Origin: Candidatus Eiseniibacteriota bacterium
GTDB taxonomy: Bacteria; Eisenbacteria; RBG-16-71-46
Length of the DNA: 32,619 bases
Direction: 5' to 3'
Assembly (NCBI GenBank): GCA_031364845.1
Contig: JANLWX010000011.1
Span: 1-32,619, forward strand
In this document: positions 1 through 9,217 of the stretch, piece after piece
Position numbering within the stretch: position 1 is the stretch's first letter
How the letters are laid out: each line of letters starts with the position of its first letter
The notes under the pieces: model-generated
What the model was told of the DNA's origin: nothing
What the model saw: the letters and a program-made list of their open reading frames with translations, nothing else
Database searches by the model: none
Program-made: the position numbers and the translations under genes

Positions 1-409
<409 letters not shown>

Positions 410-499
410 GTAATTTTGATCACATAGGCGCTCAATTAAATACGCGTTCTTCCAGCGTCTCTTTCGATTGTCGATTTTTAGAATAAAGCGAATAATATT

Positions 500-613
<114 letters not shown>

Positions 614-629
614 TTTAAATCATCCGATG

Positions 630-667
630 GCCCCGTGGACACTGTCCGCGGGGCTTTCGGCTTTTTT
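630..667 (+). terminator. Intrinsic terminator of the rRNA operon
   Basis: Stem GCCCCGTGGAC/GTCCGCGGGGC (630-654) followed by TTTCGGCTTTTTT. Confidence 0.85.
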
Positions 668-817
668 GTGGATGCAGACCGGCTCGCCCGTTCCGGCCGC
701 GGCGGCGTCGGCCCTGCAGACCCGCTGCCCCGCCTGGTCCACGCCCGATCGCGCCTTCCGTACCCCAAGGGGCAGTATGACTTCCTGGGGGGTCTGGGGC
801 GCCGGCATAGAAGGTCT

Positions 818-842
818 GGAACGTGTTGCGCGGCAAGTCGTT
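818..842 (+). promoter_or_regulatory. Putative ECF sigma promoter GGAAC-N16-CGTT
   Basis: GGAAC at 818-822, 16-nt spacer, CGTT at 839-842, about 70 nt upstream of ATG 912 (SD GAGGAG at 898-903). Confidence 0.5.
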
Positions 843-911
843 CCAAGGCATTCTCCTTGGGATCCTCCACGGCACGTCGGGTGCATGCCGATAGGGTGAG
901 GAGAGCCGATC

Positions 912-1814
912 ATGCATCCATTCCGATCCATCACGTTCAACGCCACCCGGCCCCGTGTCGAGCGCGCCTTTCAGCGGGGTCAACTCCTGCGTACGGTCCA
1001 ACGGGCTGCCACCGGCGCGCGCGCGATCGCAGTGGCGTTCTTCATGGCGTTGATGGCGTTCGCTACGGTCAACGCCGTTGCACAGGACTCCGGCCGCGAC
1101 CGCGTGCTTGCGGCGCTCGAAGCGACGGATCGCAGGATCGAGCAGGCTGAACTCCATGCGTCTTCCGCCGACAGTCCTGCGGCCGAAGCGGAGGTCTCGG
1201 CAGCCCGGGATCTTCAGTCCCGCGCCCGCGAGGCCTTCTCGGCCGATCGGTTTCCGATCGCGATGCGACTCACCCTGGACGCGCGCCGGCGCGCGGACCG
1301 CGCGATCGCGCTGGTGCGGGGACTGCCGGATCCCGATCGCGTGGAGACTCAACTCGAGCGCACGCGCGAACTGATCCAGCGCGCACGCGAGCGCATCGAG
1401 GAATGCGACGGAGACCGGGCGAAGGGTTTGATTCGCGCGGGCGCGGAAATGCAGTCGCGCGCCGAGGAATCGGTGCGCTCGGGGCGGTACCTCGTGGCGC
1501 TCCAGCTCACGATGGGAGCCCGCGAGCGTGCGCACCGCGCGCTGCGTCTGTGCCGCATCGAGGATAATCTTCAGGAGTCCGCGGAACGGGCGCTGCGCCG
1601 CACGGATGATGTGATCGCCCGAGCGCAGGAGCACCTGGGCGCAGGCGCGCCGGATGGGGCACGCCAGTCGCTCGCGCGCGCCGTCGATCTCGAGACGCAA
1701 GCGCGGCAGGACTACGCCGGCGGCCAGTTCGAGCTGGCGCTGCGGCGCACGCAGTCGGCGCGGGCATTCGCATACCGTGCCTTGCGACTGGCGGGCTCGG
1801 ACGGTCGGCGGTAA
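912..1814 (+). CDS. Exported all-alpha protein with three tandem ~79-aa repeats, function unknown
   Basis: SD GAGGAG before ATG; hydrophobic segment and AVA|QD cleavage site; three alignable helical repeats at aa 62-136, 141-215 and 221-295. Confidence 0.85.
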   Translation: MHPFRSITFNATRPRVERAFQRGQLLRTVQRAATGARAIAVAFFMALMAFATVNAVAQDSGRDRVLAALEATDRRIEQAELHASSADSPAAEAEVSAARDLQSRAREAFSADRFPIAMRLTLDARRRADRAIALVRGLPDPDRVETQLERTRELIQRARERIEECDGDRAKGLIRAGAEMQSRAEESVRSGRYLVALQLTMGARERAHRALRLCRIEDNLQESAERALRRTDDVIARAQEHLGAGAPDGARQSLARAVDLETQARQDYAGGQFELALRRTQSARAFAYRALRLAGSDGRR

Positions 1815-1894
1815 TCGCGTGAGTTTCTTGAGCTCTTTCGCGCGCTGCTCGCCCGTTCCCGGCCACAACCCCGACTGAGTCGCCCGCCCGCCAC

Positions 1895-3211
1895 ATGCGC
1901 TGCCTGGCCGCCGTTCTCGCGTGGTGCCTCATCGCCTGCGTGCAAACCGATGTCGCGCGTTGCGAGGACGCCCGAGCCGACACGATGGGCTGGCGCTTCG
2001 AAATCGGCGGGCGCTCGGACTGGACCACGGAACAGTTCTACGAAGATGTTTTCACCGACACGACGTTCCTCGCGCGGCGCCTCGTCGACACCCCGGAGTC
2101 CCGAAACGCGGGCGTGTTCTCGGCCCTGCTCGCCGGAACGCGCAAAGGACGGCGCCAATCGTTCCTCGCCGGCGCCGACGCGAGTGTCGGCGACCGCCTG
2201 AACCGCGGCGTGCTCCACGGAACCTACCGAAGCGAGTCCGATCGCCTGCGCTGGACCACCACGCCACGCGCCGAGTACGAACGCGATCGTACGTTCGGCC
2301 GCGACCTCGAACGTGTCCGTCTGGCCGCGGACTCGCGGGTTCGCATCGCACTGGGTGATGGCGTGAACCGGATCGAGGCCGGCGCCGGGGGAGAATGGAT
2401 GCGCGCGCGCGGGGAAGGTTCGCAGTACCTCCTCGATCGCGGCGTCGCACGCTCCACCCTGGGACTCGAGCGTCTGCCGGTGACGGGCGCCGAGTGGCGC
2501 GCCGCGTGGATCTTCACGGCGCGGACATTTCCCGACTCCTCGGTTCGAGATCACCTCGAACACGGCTGGGAAGCACATGTTCGCGGCGATCTCGAGGGCG
2601 GACACTCCTGGATGGTCGAGACCCGAGGGGCGCGGCGAACCACGCGGATCAAGCCTCCCGACACACGCGACCGGTTCGCCGAAGCCGGCCTGGCGGCCGA
2701 CGCCAACCTGCGTTTCACGCCGTCGTGGGCAGCGGGCCTGAACGCGGGAGTCGAAGCACTGCGCTACGACGAAGCCGACAGTGCGGTGTTCTTCGATTAC
2801 GCCATCGCGCGCGCCCGGATCATGCCGCGTTTCGAGCGCGCGTCATGGACGCTCGCGATCGGCCCCCGCGTCGAAGTGCTCGAAACCGCGCTGGGATCGC
2901 TCGAAGAGTATCGTGAGCTATCCGCCGTGCTCGAATTCGAGGGTTTGCTGCCCGGCGTCTGGTGGTCGGTCGCGCCCGAACTCGGATGGCGCGAGTATCG
3001 AGAGCCGGGCCCGGGCCGTGACGACCTCGCGGCCGAACTCGGCGCGCACTCCTCCTACCGCTTCGTCGAACTGAATCTGTACGCCGACCAATCGATACCC
3101 GCGGGAATGCGCGTGCGACTGCTCGGCAGCGGACGCCACGAGACGCACACCCAGACATCGGATGGGGCGCGGAGCCTTTACATCTCAGTCGACATCCGTA
3201 AGATCTTCTAG
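1895..3211 (+). CDS. Putative outer-membrane beta-barrel protein
   Basis: N-terminal signal-like segment, many amphipathic alternating beta-strands with aromatic residues, C-terminal LYISVDIRKIF ending in Phe (BAM beta-signal-like). Confidence 0.75.
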   Translation: MRCLAAVLAWCLIACVQTDVARCEDARADTMGWRFEIGGRSDWTTEQFYEDVFTDTTFLARRLVDTPESRNAGVFSALLAGTRKGRRQSFLAGADASVGDRLNRGVLHGTYRSESDRLRWTTTPRAEYERDRTFGRDLERVRLAADSRVRIALGDGVNRIEAGAGGEWMRARGEGSQYLLDRGVARSTLGLERLPVTGAEWRAAWIFTARTFPDSSVRDHLEHGWEAHVRGDLEGGHSWMVETRGARRTTRIKPPDTRDRFAEAGLAADANLRFTPSWAAGLNAGVEALRYDEADSAVFFDYAIARARIMPRFERASWTLAIGPRVEVLETALGSLEEYRELSAVLEFEGLLPGVWWSVAPELGWREYREPGPGRDDLAAELGAHSSYRFVELNLYADQSIPAGMRVRLLGSGRHETHTQTSDGARSLYISVDIRKIF

Positions 3212-3213
3212 TT

Positions 3214-3335
3214 GCAGGCTTCTGAGAAGCCCGATTGCTGCGTTGCTCAGTCATTCCTCGCTGCGACGTATCCTGCGGATACGCCTCGCTCGTCATTTCC
3301 CTCGCGCCTTGCACTCGGGCTTCTCAGAAGCCTGC
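3214..3335. mobile_element. 122-bp MITE/REP-like element with perfect 21-bp terminal inverted repeats
   Basis: GCAGGCTTCTGAGAAGCCCGA (3214-3234) is the exact reverse complement of 3315-3335; central hairpin CGTATCC-TGC-GGATACG (3267-3283); no coding capacity. Confidence 0.7.
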
Positions 3336-3370
3336 GCGCATCGCGCTGAAAAGACTTTTCCGGAGGTCTC

Positions 3371-5092
3371 GTGTCGGCTCGTCGCGGCGTCTTGTTGTTC
3401 GTGCTGCTGTTGAGCGTTATCGGGACTGCTGTCCTGTTTGCGGCCTTGCGCCTGCGCGGGCCTTCGGGGGGCGCTTCGGCGGGGACGATGATCGTCTTCG
3501 ATCTGCCGATGGACCTGCCGGAGGGTGAGGCGCCGTCGCGGCCGCTGGCGCTGGGATTCCACCGCAGTCGCTACGTCATGCATGAAGTGCTCGAAGGACT
3601 TCGCCGCGCGGCCTCGGACGACGACGTGCGCGGCCTCGTGCTTCACATCGAGGATCTCGACTGGGGCTGGGCGAAGGCCTATGAAGTTCGCGACGCGCTT
3701 CAGGAGTTCCGCAGCTCGGGCAAGCCCGTTTACGCTTCGTTCGAATCGGGCGGCGAGCTCGAATACCTGATCGCCTCGGCTGCGGACATGATCGTGATGC
3801 CGCCCGCCGGCGTGCTGCAACTGGACGGTCTCAGCGCCTCGTCGATGTTCCTGCGCGGCGCGCTCGACAAGCTGGATGTGAGGCCCAACTTCGTCCAGTC
3901 CGGACCGTACAAGTCGGCGGTCGAACAGTACACGCGAACCGGCATGTCCCCCGCGGCTCGCGAAGCGGTCGATGCGATGCTCGACGTCGCCTACGGCATG
4001 CTCGTCGACTCGCTGGCGTCCGCGCGCGGCTATTCTTCCGCGGACGTAATGCGAATTCTCGATGCGGGACCCTATGTCGCCGAAGACGCGCGCTCGGCGG
4101 GGCTCGTCGATTCGCTCATCTACGACGCGGAAGTGGATTCGTTCGCGCTCGCCGAATTCCCCGACAACGTCGCGACCGCCGATTTCGCGGACTACATCAG
4201 CCATCACGGTACCCCGCGCACGGGACAGCGCATCGCGCTCATCACGGCTTCGGGCACGATCCTGCCCGGCAAGAGCCGCAGCGTGCCCGGCGAGGAGAAC
4301 ATCATGGGGTCGGAGACCATGATCGATGCCCTGCGTGAGGCCCGCACCCGGGCTTCGATCAAGGCGGTCGTGCTGCGCATCGACAGCCCCGGCGGATCGG
4401 TGCAGGCGTCGGACGACATCTGGCGCGAAGTGAAGCGGCTGGCCGACGAGAAGCCGGTGATCGTGAGCATGTCGGATCTCGCGGCATCGGGTGGCTACTA
4501 CATCGCGGCCCCCGCGCATCGCATCGTCGCCCAGCCGTCGACACTGACCGGCTCGATCGGTGTGTTCGGCGGCAAGCTCAACATCGGCGGACTGTTCAAC
4601 AAGGCGGGTGTGAATATCGAGACCGTGACCCGCGGCGCACACGCGGGGATGATGTCACCGTACCGCGACTTCACCGCCGAGGAACTGCAGCGCTATCAAC
4701 AACAGGTCGACGCGTGGTACCGGCTGTTCGTGGGACGCGTCGTCGAGGGGCGCGGGATGTCGTTCGCCGAAGTGGACTCGGTCGGCCAGGGCCGTGTGTG
4801 GACCGGGCTCGACGCGTGGGAGCGGGGGCTGGTGGATTCGCTGGGCGGACTCGAAACCGCCCTCGCGATCGCGCGCGAGTCCGCAGGTCTCGAACCCGGA
4901 GGTCCGATCGAAGTGCTACCGCGGGTTCAGCGCCACTGGTACGAGGATGCGTTCGAGGCGATGCTCGATCAGGAGCAGGCGGTGTCGATTCCGGAAATGA
5001 TGTCGCCGATCGTGAGCGCATGGTTCACGGCCGCGCGGCTGCAATCGGGACTCGTGCTCGCCCTGATGCCGTTCAGTGTGGAGATCCGCTGA
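3371..5092 (+). CDS. sppA: Signal peptide peptidase SppA (protease IV, long two-domain form)
   Basis: N-terminal TM; motifs GPYKSAVE, VVLRIDSPGGS, SMSDLAASGGYYIA, TLTGSIGV, GQGRVWTG. Confidence 0.95.
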   Translation: MSARRGVLLFVLLLSVIGTAVLFAALRLRGPSGGASAGTMIVFDLPMDLPEGEAPSRPLALGFHRSRYVMHEVLEGLRRAASDDDVRGLVLHIEDLDWGWAKAYEVRDALQEFRSSGKPVYASFESGGELEYLIASAADMIVMPPAGVLQLDGLSASSMFLRGALDKLDVRPNFVQSGPYKSAVEQYTRTGMSPAAREAVDAMLDVAYGMLVDSLASARGYSSADVMRILDAGPYVAEDARSAGLVDSLIYDAEVDSFALAEFPDNVATADFADYISHHGTPRTGQRIALITASGTILPGKSRSVPGEENIMGSETMIDALREARTRASIKAVVLRIDSPGGSVQASDDIWREVKRLADEKPVIVSMSDLAASGGYYIAAPAHRIVAQPSTLTGSIGVFGGKLNIGGLFNKAGVNIETVTRGAHAGMMSPYRDFTAEELQRYQQQVDAWYRLFVGRVVEGRGMSFAEVDSVGQGRVWTGLDAWERGLVDSLGGLETALAIARESAGLEPGGPIEVLPRVQRHWYEDAFEAMLDQEQAVSIPEMMSPIVSAWFTAARLQSGLVLALMPFSVEIR

Positions 5093-5098
5093 AGCCGG

Positions 5099-5548
5099 TC
5101 ACTTCGCTTTCGGGGCTCTGAACGTCCGGATGTAGGCGATGAGGTTTTCGATGTCGCCGGGCTTCACGCCCTGCCGGCTCCACGCGACCATGCCGGACTT
5201 GGGTTTGCCGTTCGTGATGCAGTCGCGCAGATAGTCGTCGCCGTAGCGGGGATCGGACATCCGCTTCGCGTCGCGCCAGTCCGGCGTCGGTGTGACGGTA
5301 ACTTTGATTCCGCCGCTGCCGTCGGCCCGATGGCACGCCACGCACTTCACGACGAAGATCTTCTTGCCGAGGACGGCGTTGCCGCGGCTCACCCGTTTGG
5401 CCGCGACCGAGTCGGGTCTGGCGATCGCGGAGTCGGGCCGGACGACGGTGGAGTCGGGACTTGCAACGCCGGTCGAATCGGCAATCGCATACATCGCGAA
5501 GCCGATCCCGAGCACCGTCACGAACCAGCCCAGCGCACGTCGCGTCAC
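5099..5548 (-). CDS. Exported monoheme c-type cytochrome
   Basis: Signal peptide, single CVACH heme-binding motif, distal Met in KSGMVAW, SD GAGGAGG upstream of the GTG start. Confidence 0.9.
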   Translation of the reverse strand: MTRRALGWFVTVLGIGFAMYAIADSTGVASPDSTVVRPDSAIARPDSVAAKRVSRGNAVLGKKIFVVKCVACHRADGSGGIKVTVTPTPDWRDAKRMSDPRYGDDYLRDCITNGKPKSGMVAWSRQGVKPGDIENLIAYIRTFRAPKAK

Positions 5549-5672
5549 GTCATCCTCCTCGGGTTCGCAACGCCATTCATCTCCCCGAGTCCCTCGAGGA
5601 CGAATGGTGAGCGTGTCGACTCCTCAGCGAATGACAGTAGCGCGCCAACGCCTCGCTTCGCTACCCATTCCC

Positions 5673-5702
5673 TTGACCGTCATTTGCGCACAATGTTAGC
5701 GT
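5673..5702 (+). promoter_or_regulatory. Possible sigma70 promoter for the EF-G2 cluster
   Basis: TTGACC, 18-nt spacer, TAGCGT preceded by TGn (extended -10-like). Confidence 0.3.
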
Positions 5703-5798
5703 CCGATCTCGCAGTGATTTAGGCCATGCTGGCCGTGTCTTACTGTAATAGAGCGATCCTGCGCCGGCATCGCATCCCATCCGCGGGGGAGGTGCGTT

Positions 5799-7898
5799 TT
5801 GAAGGATTACACCACCGCTCAGATTCGCAACGTCGCACTGGTCGCCCATCACGGAGTCGGCAAGACCACCTTTGCCGAGGCCATGTTGTACCTCGCCAAG
5901 TCCACGAACCGCCTCGGCCGCATCGCCGATGGCACCACGGTTCTGGATCACGCCCCCGACGAAATCCACCGGCAGATCACGATCAACATCGGTCTGGCCC
6001 AGTTCGAATGGGCGGGACACAAGATCAATCTGCTCGACACTCCGGGATACGCGGACTTCGTCGGCGACGTCCACAGCGCGCTGCGCGTCGCGGACTGCGC
6101 GATTCTATTGCTGCGAGCCAATGCGGGCGCGGAAGTCGGCACCGAAGTCGTGTGGGAGATCGTGAAGCAGGACAAGACGCCGACGCTGATGGTCGTCAAC
6201 ATGATGGACAAGGAGCATGCGGACTTCATGGGGGCGATCCGCTCGGCGCACGACCGTCTCGGCATCAATGCGGTCCCGACCCAGCTGCCGATCGGCCAGG
6301 CCGAAACGTTCCACGGCATCGTCGATCTGATCGAGAACAAAGCCTACACGTTCTCGGGCAAGGGAATGGAAGAGAAGAGCACCGAGTCGCCGATTCCCAC
6401 GGAACTCGTGGCCGAAGCCGCCGCGGCGCGCGCGCTGCTGCTCGAAGAGGCGGCGACCGGCGACGAGCACCTGATGGAGAAATTCCTCACGACCGGTGAT
6501 CTGACCGTCGAGGAAATCCGGCGCGGACTGTGCGAGCGTGTCGTTCAGGGCGATCTCGTGCCCGCGTTCTGCTGCTCCGCGTTCAACAACCACGGCGTGA
6601 AGGAAGTGCTCGACGAGGTCGTCGACGTGCTGCCGTCACCGCTCGACGTGAAGCCGCAGGTCGGGGTCATCGAAGGCGCTGCCTCGGCCGAGTGCAAGCC
6701 GGACGCGGCCGAGCCCGCCGCCGCACTCGTGTTCAAGACGCTCTCGGAACAGCACCTCGGCGATCTTTCGCTGCTGCGGCTCTACAGCGGACACGCGGAA
6801 CCGGGCAAGGAACTCGTGAACACCGCGCGCCATCGGCCCGAGAAGCTCGGCGCGCTCTACAACCTTGTGGGCAAGGAACGCCACGAGTGCAAGCAAGTGG
6901 TCGCCGGAGACATCTTCGCGGCCGTGAAGCTGAAGGAGACGCACACCGGCGACACGCTCGCCGACAAGTCGCGGCCGGTGAAGCTCGATTTGCCGATCTT
7001 CCCGGACCCTGTGACCGCCGAGTGCATTCGCGCGAAGAACAAGGGCGACGAGGAGAAGATGGTCCAGGGCCTCGCGCGGTTGCACGAAGAAGACCCGACG
7101 TTCGGGCGGCACTACGAGGCCAGCACCAAGGAATCGCTGGTGCACGGGATGGGCGATCTTCAACTCGAGATCATGGTCGATCGCCTGAAGAAGCGCTTCG
7201 GAGTCGAAGTCGTGCTGTCGAAGCCGCACGTCGCCTATCGCGAGACGATCAAGGGCAAGGCGCAGGGCGAGTACCGCCACAAGAAGCAGACCGGCGGGCG
7301 CGGCCAGTTCGGCGAAGTGCATCTGCGGCTAGAACCGCAGGCGCGCAGCGCAGGCTTCAAGTTCGTCGACGAGGTCAAAGGTGGCGTGGTCCCGAACCAG
7401 TTCATTCCCGCCGTCGAAAAGGGCGTCATCGCGGCGATGGAGCGCGGACCGCTCGCGGGCTATCCGGTGGTCGACGTCCTGACCGCGCTGTTCTTCGGCA
7501 AGTACCACGACGTCGACTCGTCCGAAATGGCGTTCAAGATCGCGGGTGAGAGTTGCTTCCATCAGGTCATGCTCGATGCGCGGCCGGTGCTGCTCGAACC
7601 CATCGAAGAGATCCAGGTGCGCGTTCCCGAGGAGTTTCTCGGCGACGTGATGGGTGACCTGTCGTCGCGGCGGGGCAAGATCCTCGGGACCGAGGCCGAC
7701 GGGCATCACCAGATCATCCGCGCGCACGTTCCGCAGGCCGAGACCTACAAGTACGCGACGCATCTACGTTCGCTCACTCAGGGGCGCGGGATGCATGGAG
7801 CGAAGTTCGCCCACTACGAAGAGGTTCCGCGCGAACTCTCCGACAAGGTGATCGCGGCCGCGCGGGCCGAGAAGGAGGCCGGGGCGCACGCGAGTTGA
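5799..7898 (+). CDS. Elongation factor G paralogue (EF-G2 / EF-G-like)
   Basis: Full five-domain EF-G length (699 aa); KKQTGGRGQFG, YHDVDSSEMAF, LRSLTQGRG; divergent G motifs AHHGVGKTT, RQITI, DTPGY, NMMD; outside the str operon; TTG start with SD GGAGGT. Confidence 0.93.
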   Translation: MKDYTTAQIRNVALVAHHGVGKTTFAEAMLYLAKSTNRLGRIADGTTVLDHAPDEIHRQITINIGLAQFEWAGHKINLLDTPGYADFVGDVHSALRVADCAILLLRANAGAEVGTEVVWEIVKQDKTPTLMVVNMMDKEHADFMGAIRSAHDRLGINAVPTQLPIGQAETFHGIVDLIENKAYTFSGKGMEEKSTESPIPTELVAEAAAARALLLEEAATGDEHLMEKFLTTGDLTVEEIRRGLCERVVQGDLVPAFCCSAFNNHGVKEVLDEVVDVLPSPLDVKPQVGVIEGAASAECKPDAAEPAAALVFKTLSEQHLGDLSLLRLYSGHAEPGKELVNTARHRPEKLGALYNLVGKERHECKQVVAGDIFAAVKLKETHTGDTLADKSRPVKLDLPIFPDPVTAECIRAKNKGDEEKMVQGLARLHEEDPTFGRHYEASTKESLVHGMGDLQLEIMVDRLKKRFGVEVVLSKPHVAYRETIKGKAQGEYRHKKQTGGRGQFGEVHLRLEPQARSAGFKFVDEVKGGVVPNQFIPAVEKGVIAAMERGPLAGYPVVDVLTALFFGKYHDVDSSEMAFKIAGESCFHQVMLDARPVLLEPIEEIQVRVPEEFLGDVMGDLSSRRGKILGTEADGHHQIIRAHVPQAETYKYATHLRSLTQGRGMHGAKFAHYEEVPRELSDKVIAAARAEKEAGAHAS

Positions 7899-7919
7899 TC
7901 GCGATCCTCCGGGTCCACG

Positions 7920-8669
7920 ATGTCGGGTCATTCGAAATGGGCGACGATCAAGCGGAAGAAAGCCGCCACCGATCAGGCCCGCGGCAAGGTGTTTTCCAAG
8001 TACATCAAGGAGATCACGATCGCCGCGCGCCATGGCGGCGGTGACCTCGAAGCCAATCCGCGGCTCCGCACGGCCGTCAACACGGCCAAGGGCGTGAACA
8101 TGCCGGCCAACAACATCGAACGCGCGATCAAGCGCGGTACCGGTGAGATCGACGGCGTGCACTACGACGAGATGCAGTACGAAGGCTACGCACCCGGCGG
8201 CGTTGCGCTTCTGGTCGAGGTCGCGACCGACAATCGCAACCGCACGGCCGGCGACATCCGCCACATCTTCACCAAGCACGGTGGAAGCCTGGCCGAGGCG
8301 GGTGCGGTTTCCTATCTCTTCAAGCTGCGCGGAGTGATCACGGTCGACAAGACGGTGGCGTCCGAGGAGTCGGTGATGGAGACCGCACTCGAAGCCGGCG
8401 CCGAGGACGTGGTCACCGAAGCCGACACCTTCGAGATCCTGACGCCGCCCAACCAGCTCGAGGGTGTGCGCGAGGCGCTCGGGGCGAAGGGCATCGCGAC
8501 CCAGAGCGCCGAGCTGACCAAGATCTCGTCGCAGATGGTTCCGCTCGAGGAGAACGCCGTGGGATCGGTGCTGCGGCTGATCGAAGCGATCGAGGATCAC
8601 GACGACGTGCAGAAGGTCTACTCCAACTTCAGCGTCACCGACGATGTGCTCGCGCGCCTGATGCGCTGA
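7920..8669 (+). CDS. yebC: YebC/PmpR family protein
   Basis: MSGHSKWATIKRKK, YEGYAPGGVA, TDNRNRT, DDVQKVYSN; precedes ruvC as usual. Confidence 0.97.
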   Translation: MSGHSKWATIKRKKAATDQARGKVFSKYIKEITIAARHGGGDLEANPRLRTAVNTAKGVNMPANNIERAIKRGTGEIDGVHYDEMQYEGYAPGGVALLVEVATDNRNRTAGDIRHIFTKHGGSLAEAGAVSYLFKLRGVITVDKTVASEESVMETALEAGAEDVVTEADTFEILTPPNQLEGVREALGAKGIATQSAELTKISSQMVPLEENAVGSVLRLIEAIEDHDDVQKVYSNFSVTDDVLARLMR

Positions 8670-9217
8670 TGCGCGTTCTCGGTCTGGACCCCGGCAGCCG
8701 CTGCACCGGCTACGGCGTCGTCGAGCGCCACGGCAACCGCTACACGATGGTGGCCTTCGGCGACGTCAAACCTCCCGCCAAGCTCGACCTTCCGCACCGG
8801 CTCCACACCATCGCCGAGCGCATCGGGGCGGTCATGGACGAACACCAGCCCCAGTGCGTGGCGGTGGAGGAGGCGTTCTACCACGAGAGCGTGCGCTCGA
8901 CGCTGGTGCTGGGACACGTGCGGGGTGCGTTGATCGTCGCCGCGGTTTCACGCGGATTCGAGATCGCCGAATACAGTCCGCGCGCGATCAAGCTCGCGGT
9001 GACCGGCAACGGTGCGGCAGCCAAGGAGCAGGTGTCGTTCATGGTCCGCCGCCTGCTCGCAATCGAAGGGACGCTCGCGACCGACGCCGCCGACGGGCTC
9101 GCGGTCGCGTTGTGCCATCTGCAGCGCGCGAACCGGGTCGTCCCCGAGCGGCGCCCATCGAGCGCCGCCGCGCAGCGGCTGGAAGCGCTGCTGCTCACCC
9201 GCCGCGGCACGCCGTGA
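8669..9217 (+). CDS. ruvC: Holliday junction resolvase RuvC
   Basis: VLGLDPGSRCTGYGVV, AVEEAF, DAADGLAVALCH; TGATG overlap with yebC. Confidence 0.97.
   Translation: MRVLGLDPGSRCTGYGVVERHGNRYTMVAFGDVKPPAKLDLPHRLHTIAERIGAVMDEHQPQCVAVEEAFYHESVRSTLVLGHVRGALIVAAVSRGFEIAEYSPRAIKLAVTGNGAAAKEQVSFMVRRLLAIEGTLATDAADGLAVALCHLQRANRVVPERRPSSAAAQRLEALLLTRRGTP

Noticed and set aside
8854..9213. N-terminal extension of RuvA
   Set aside because: Overlaps ruvC; the true start is the coupled GTG at 9214
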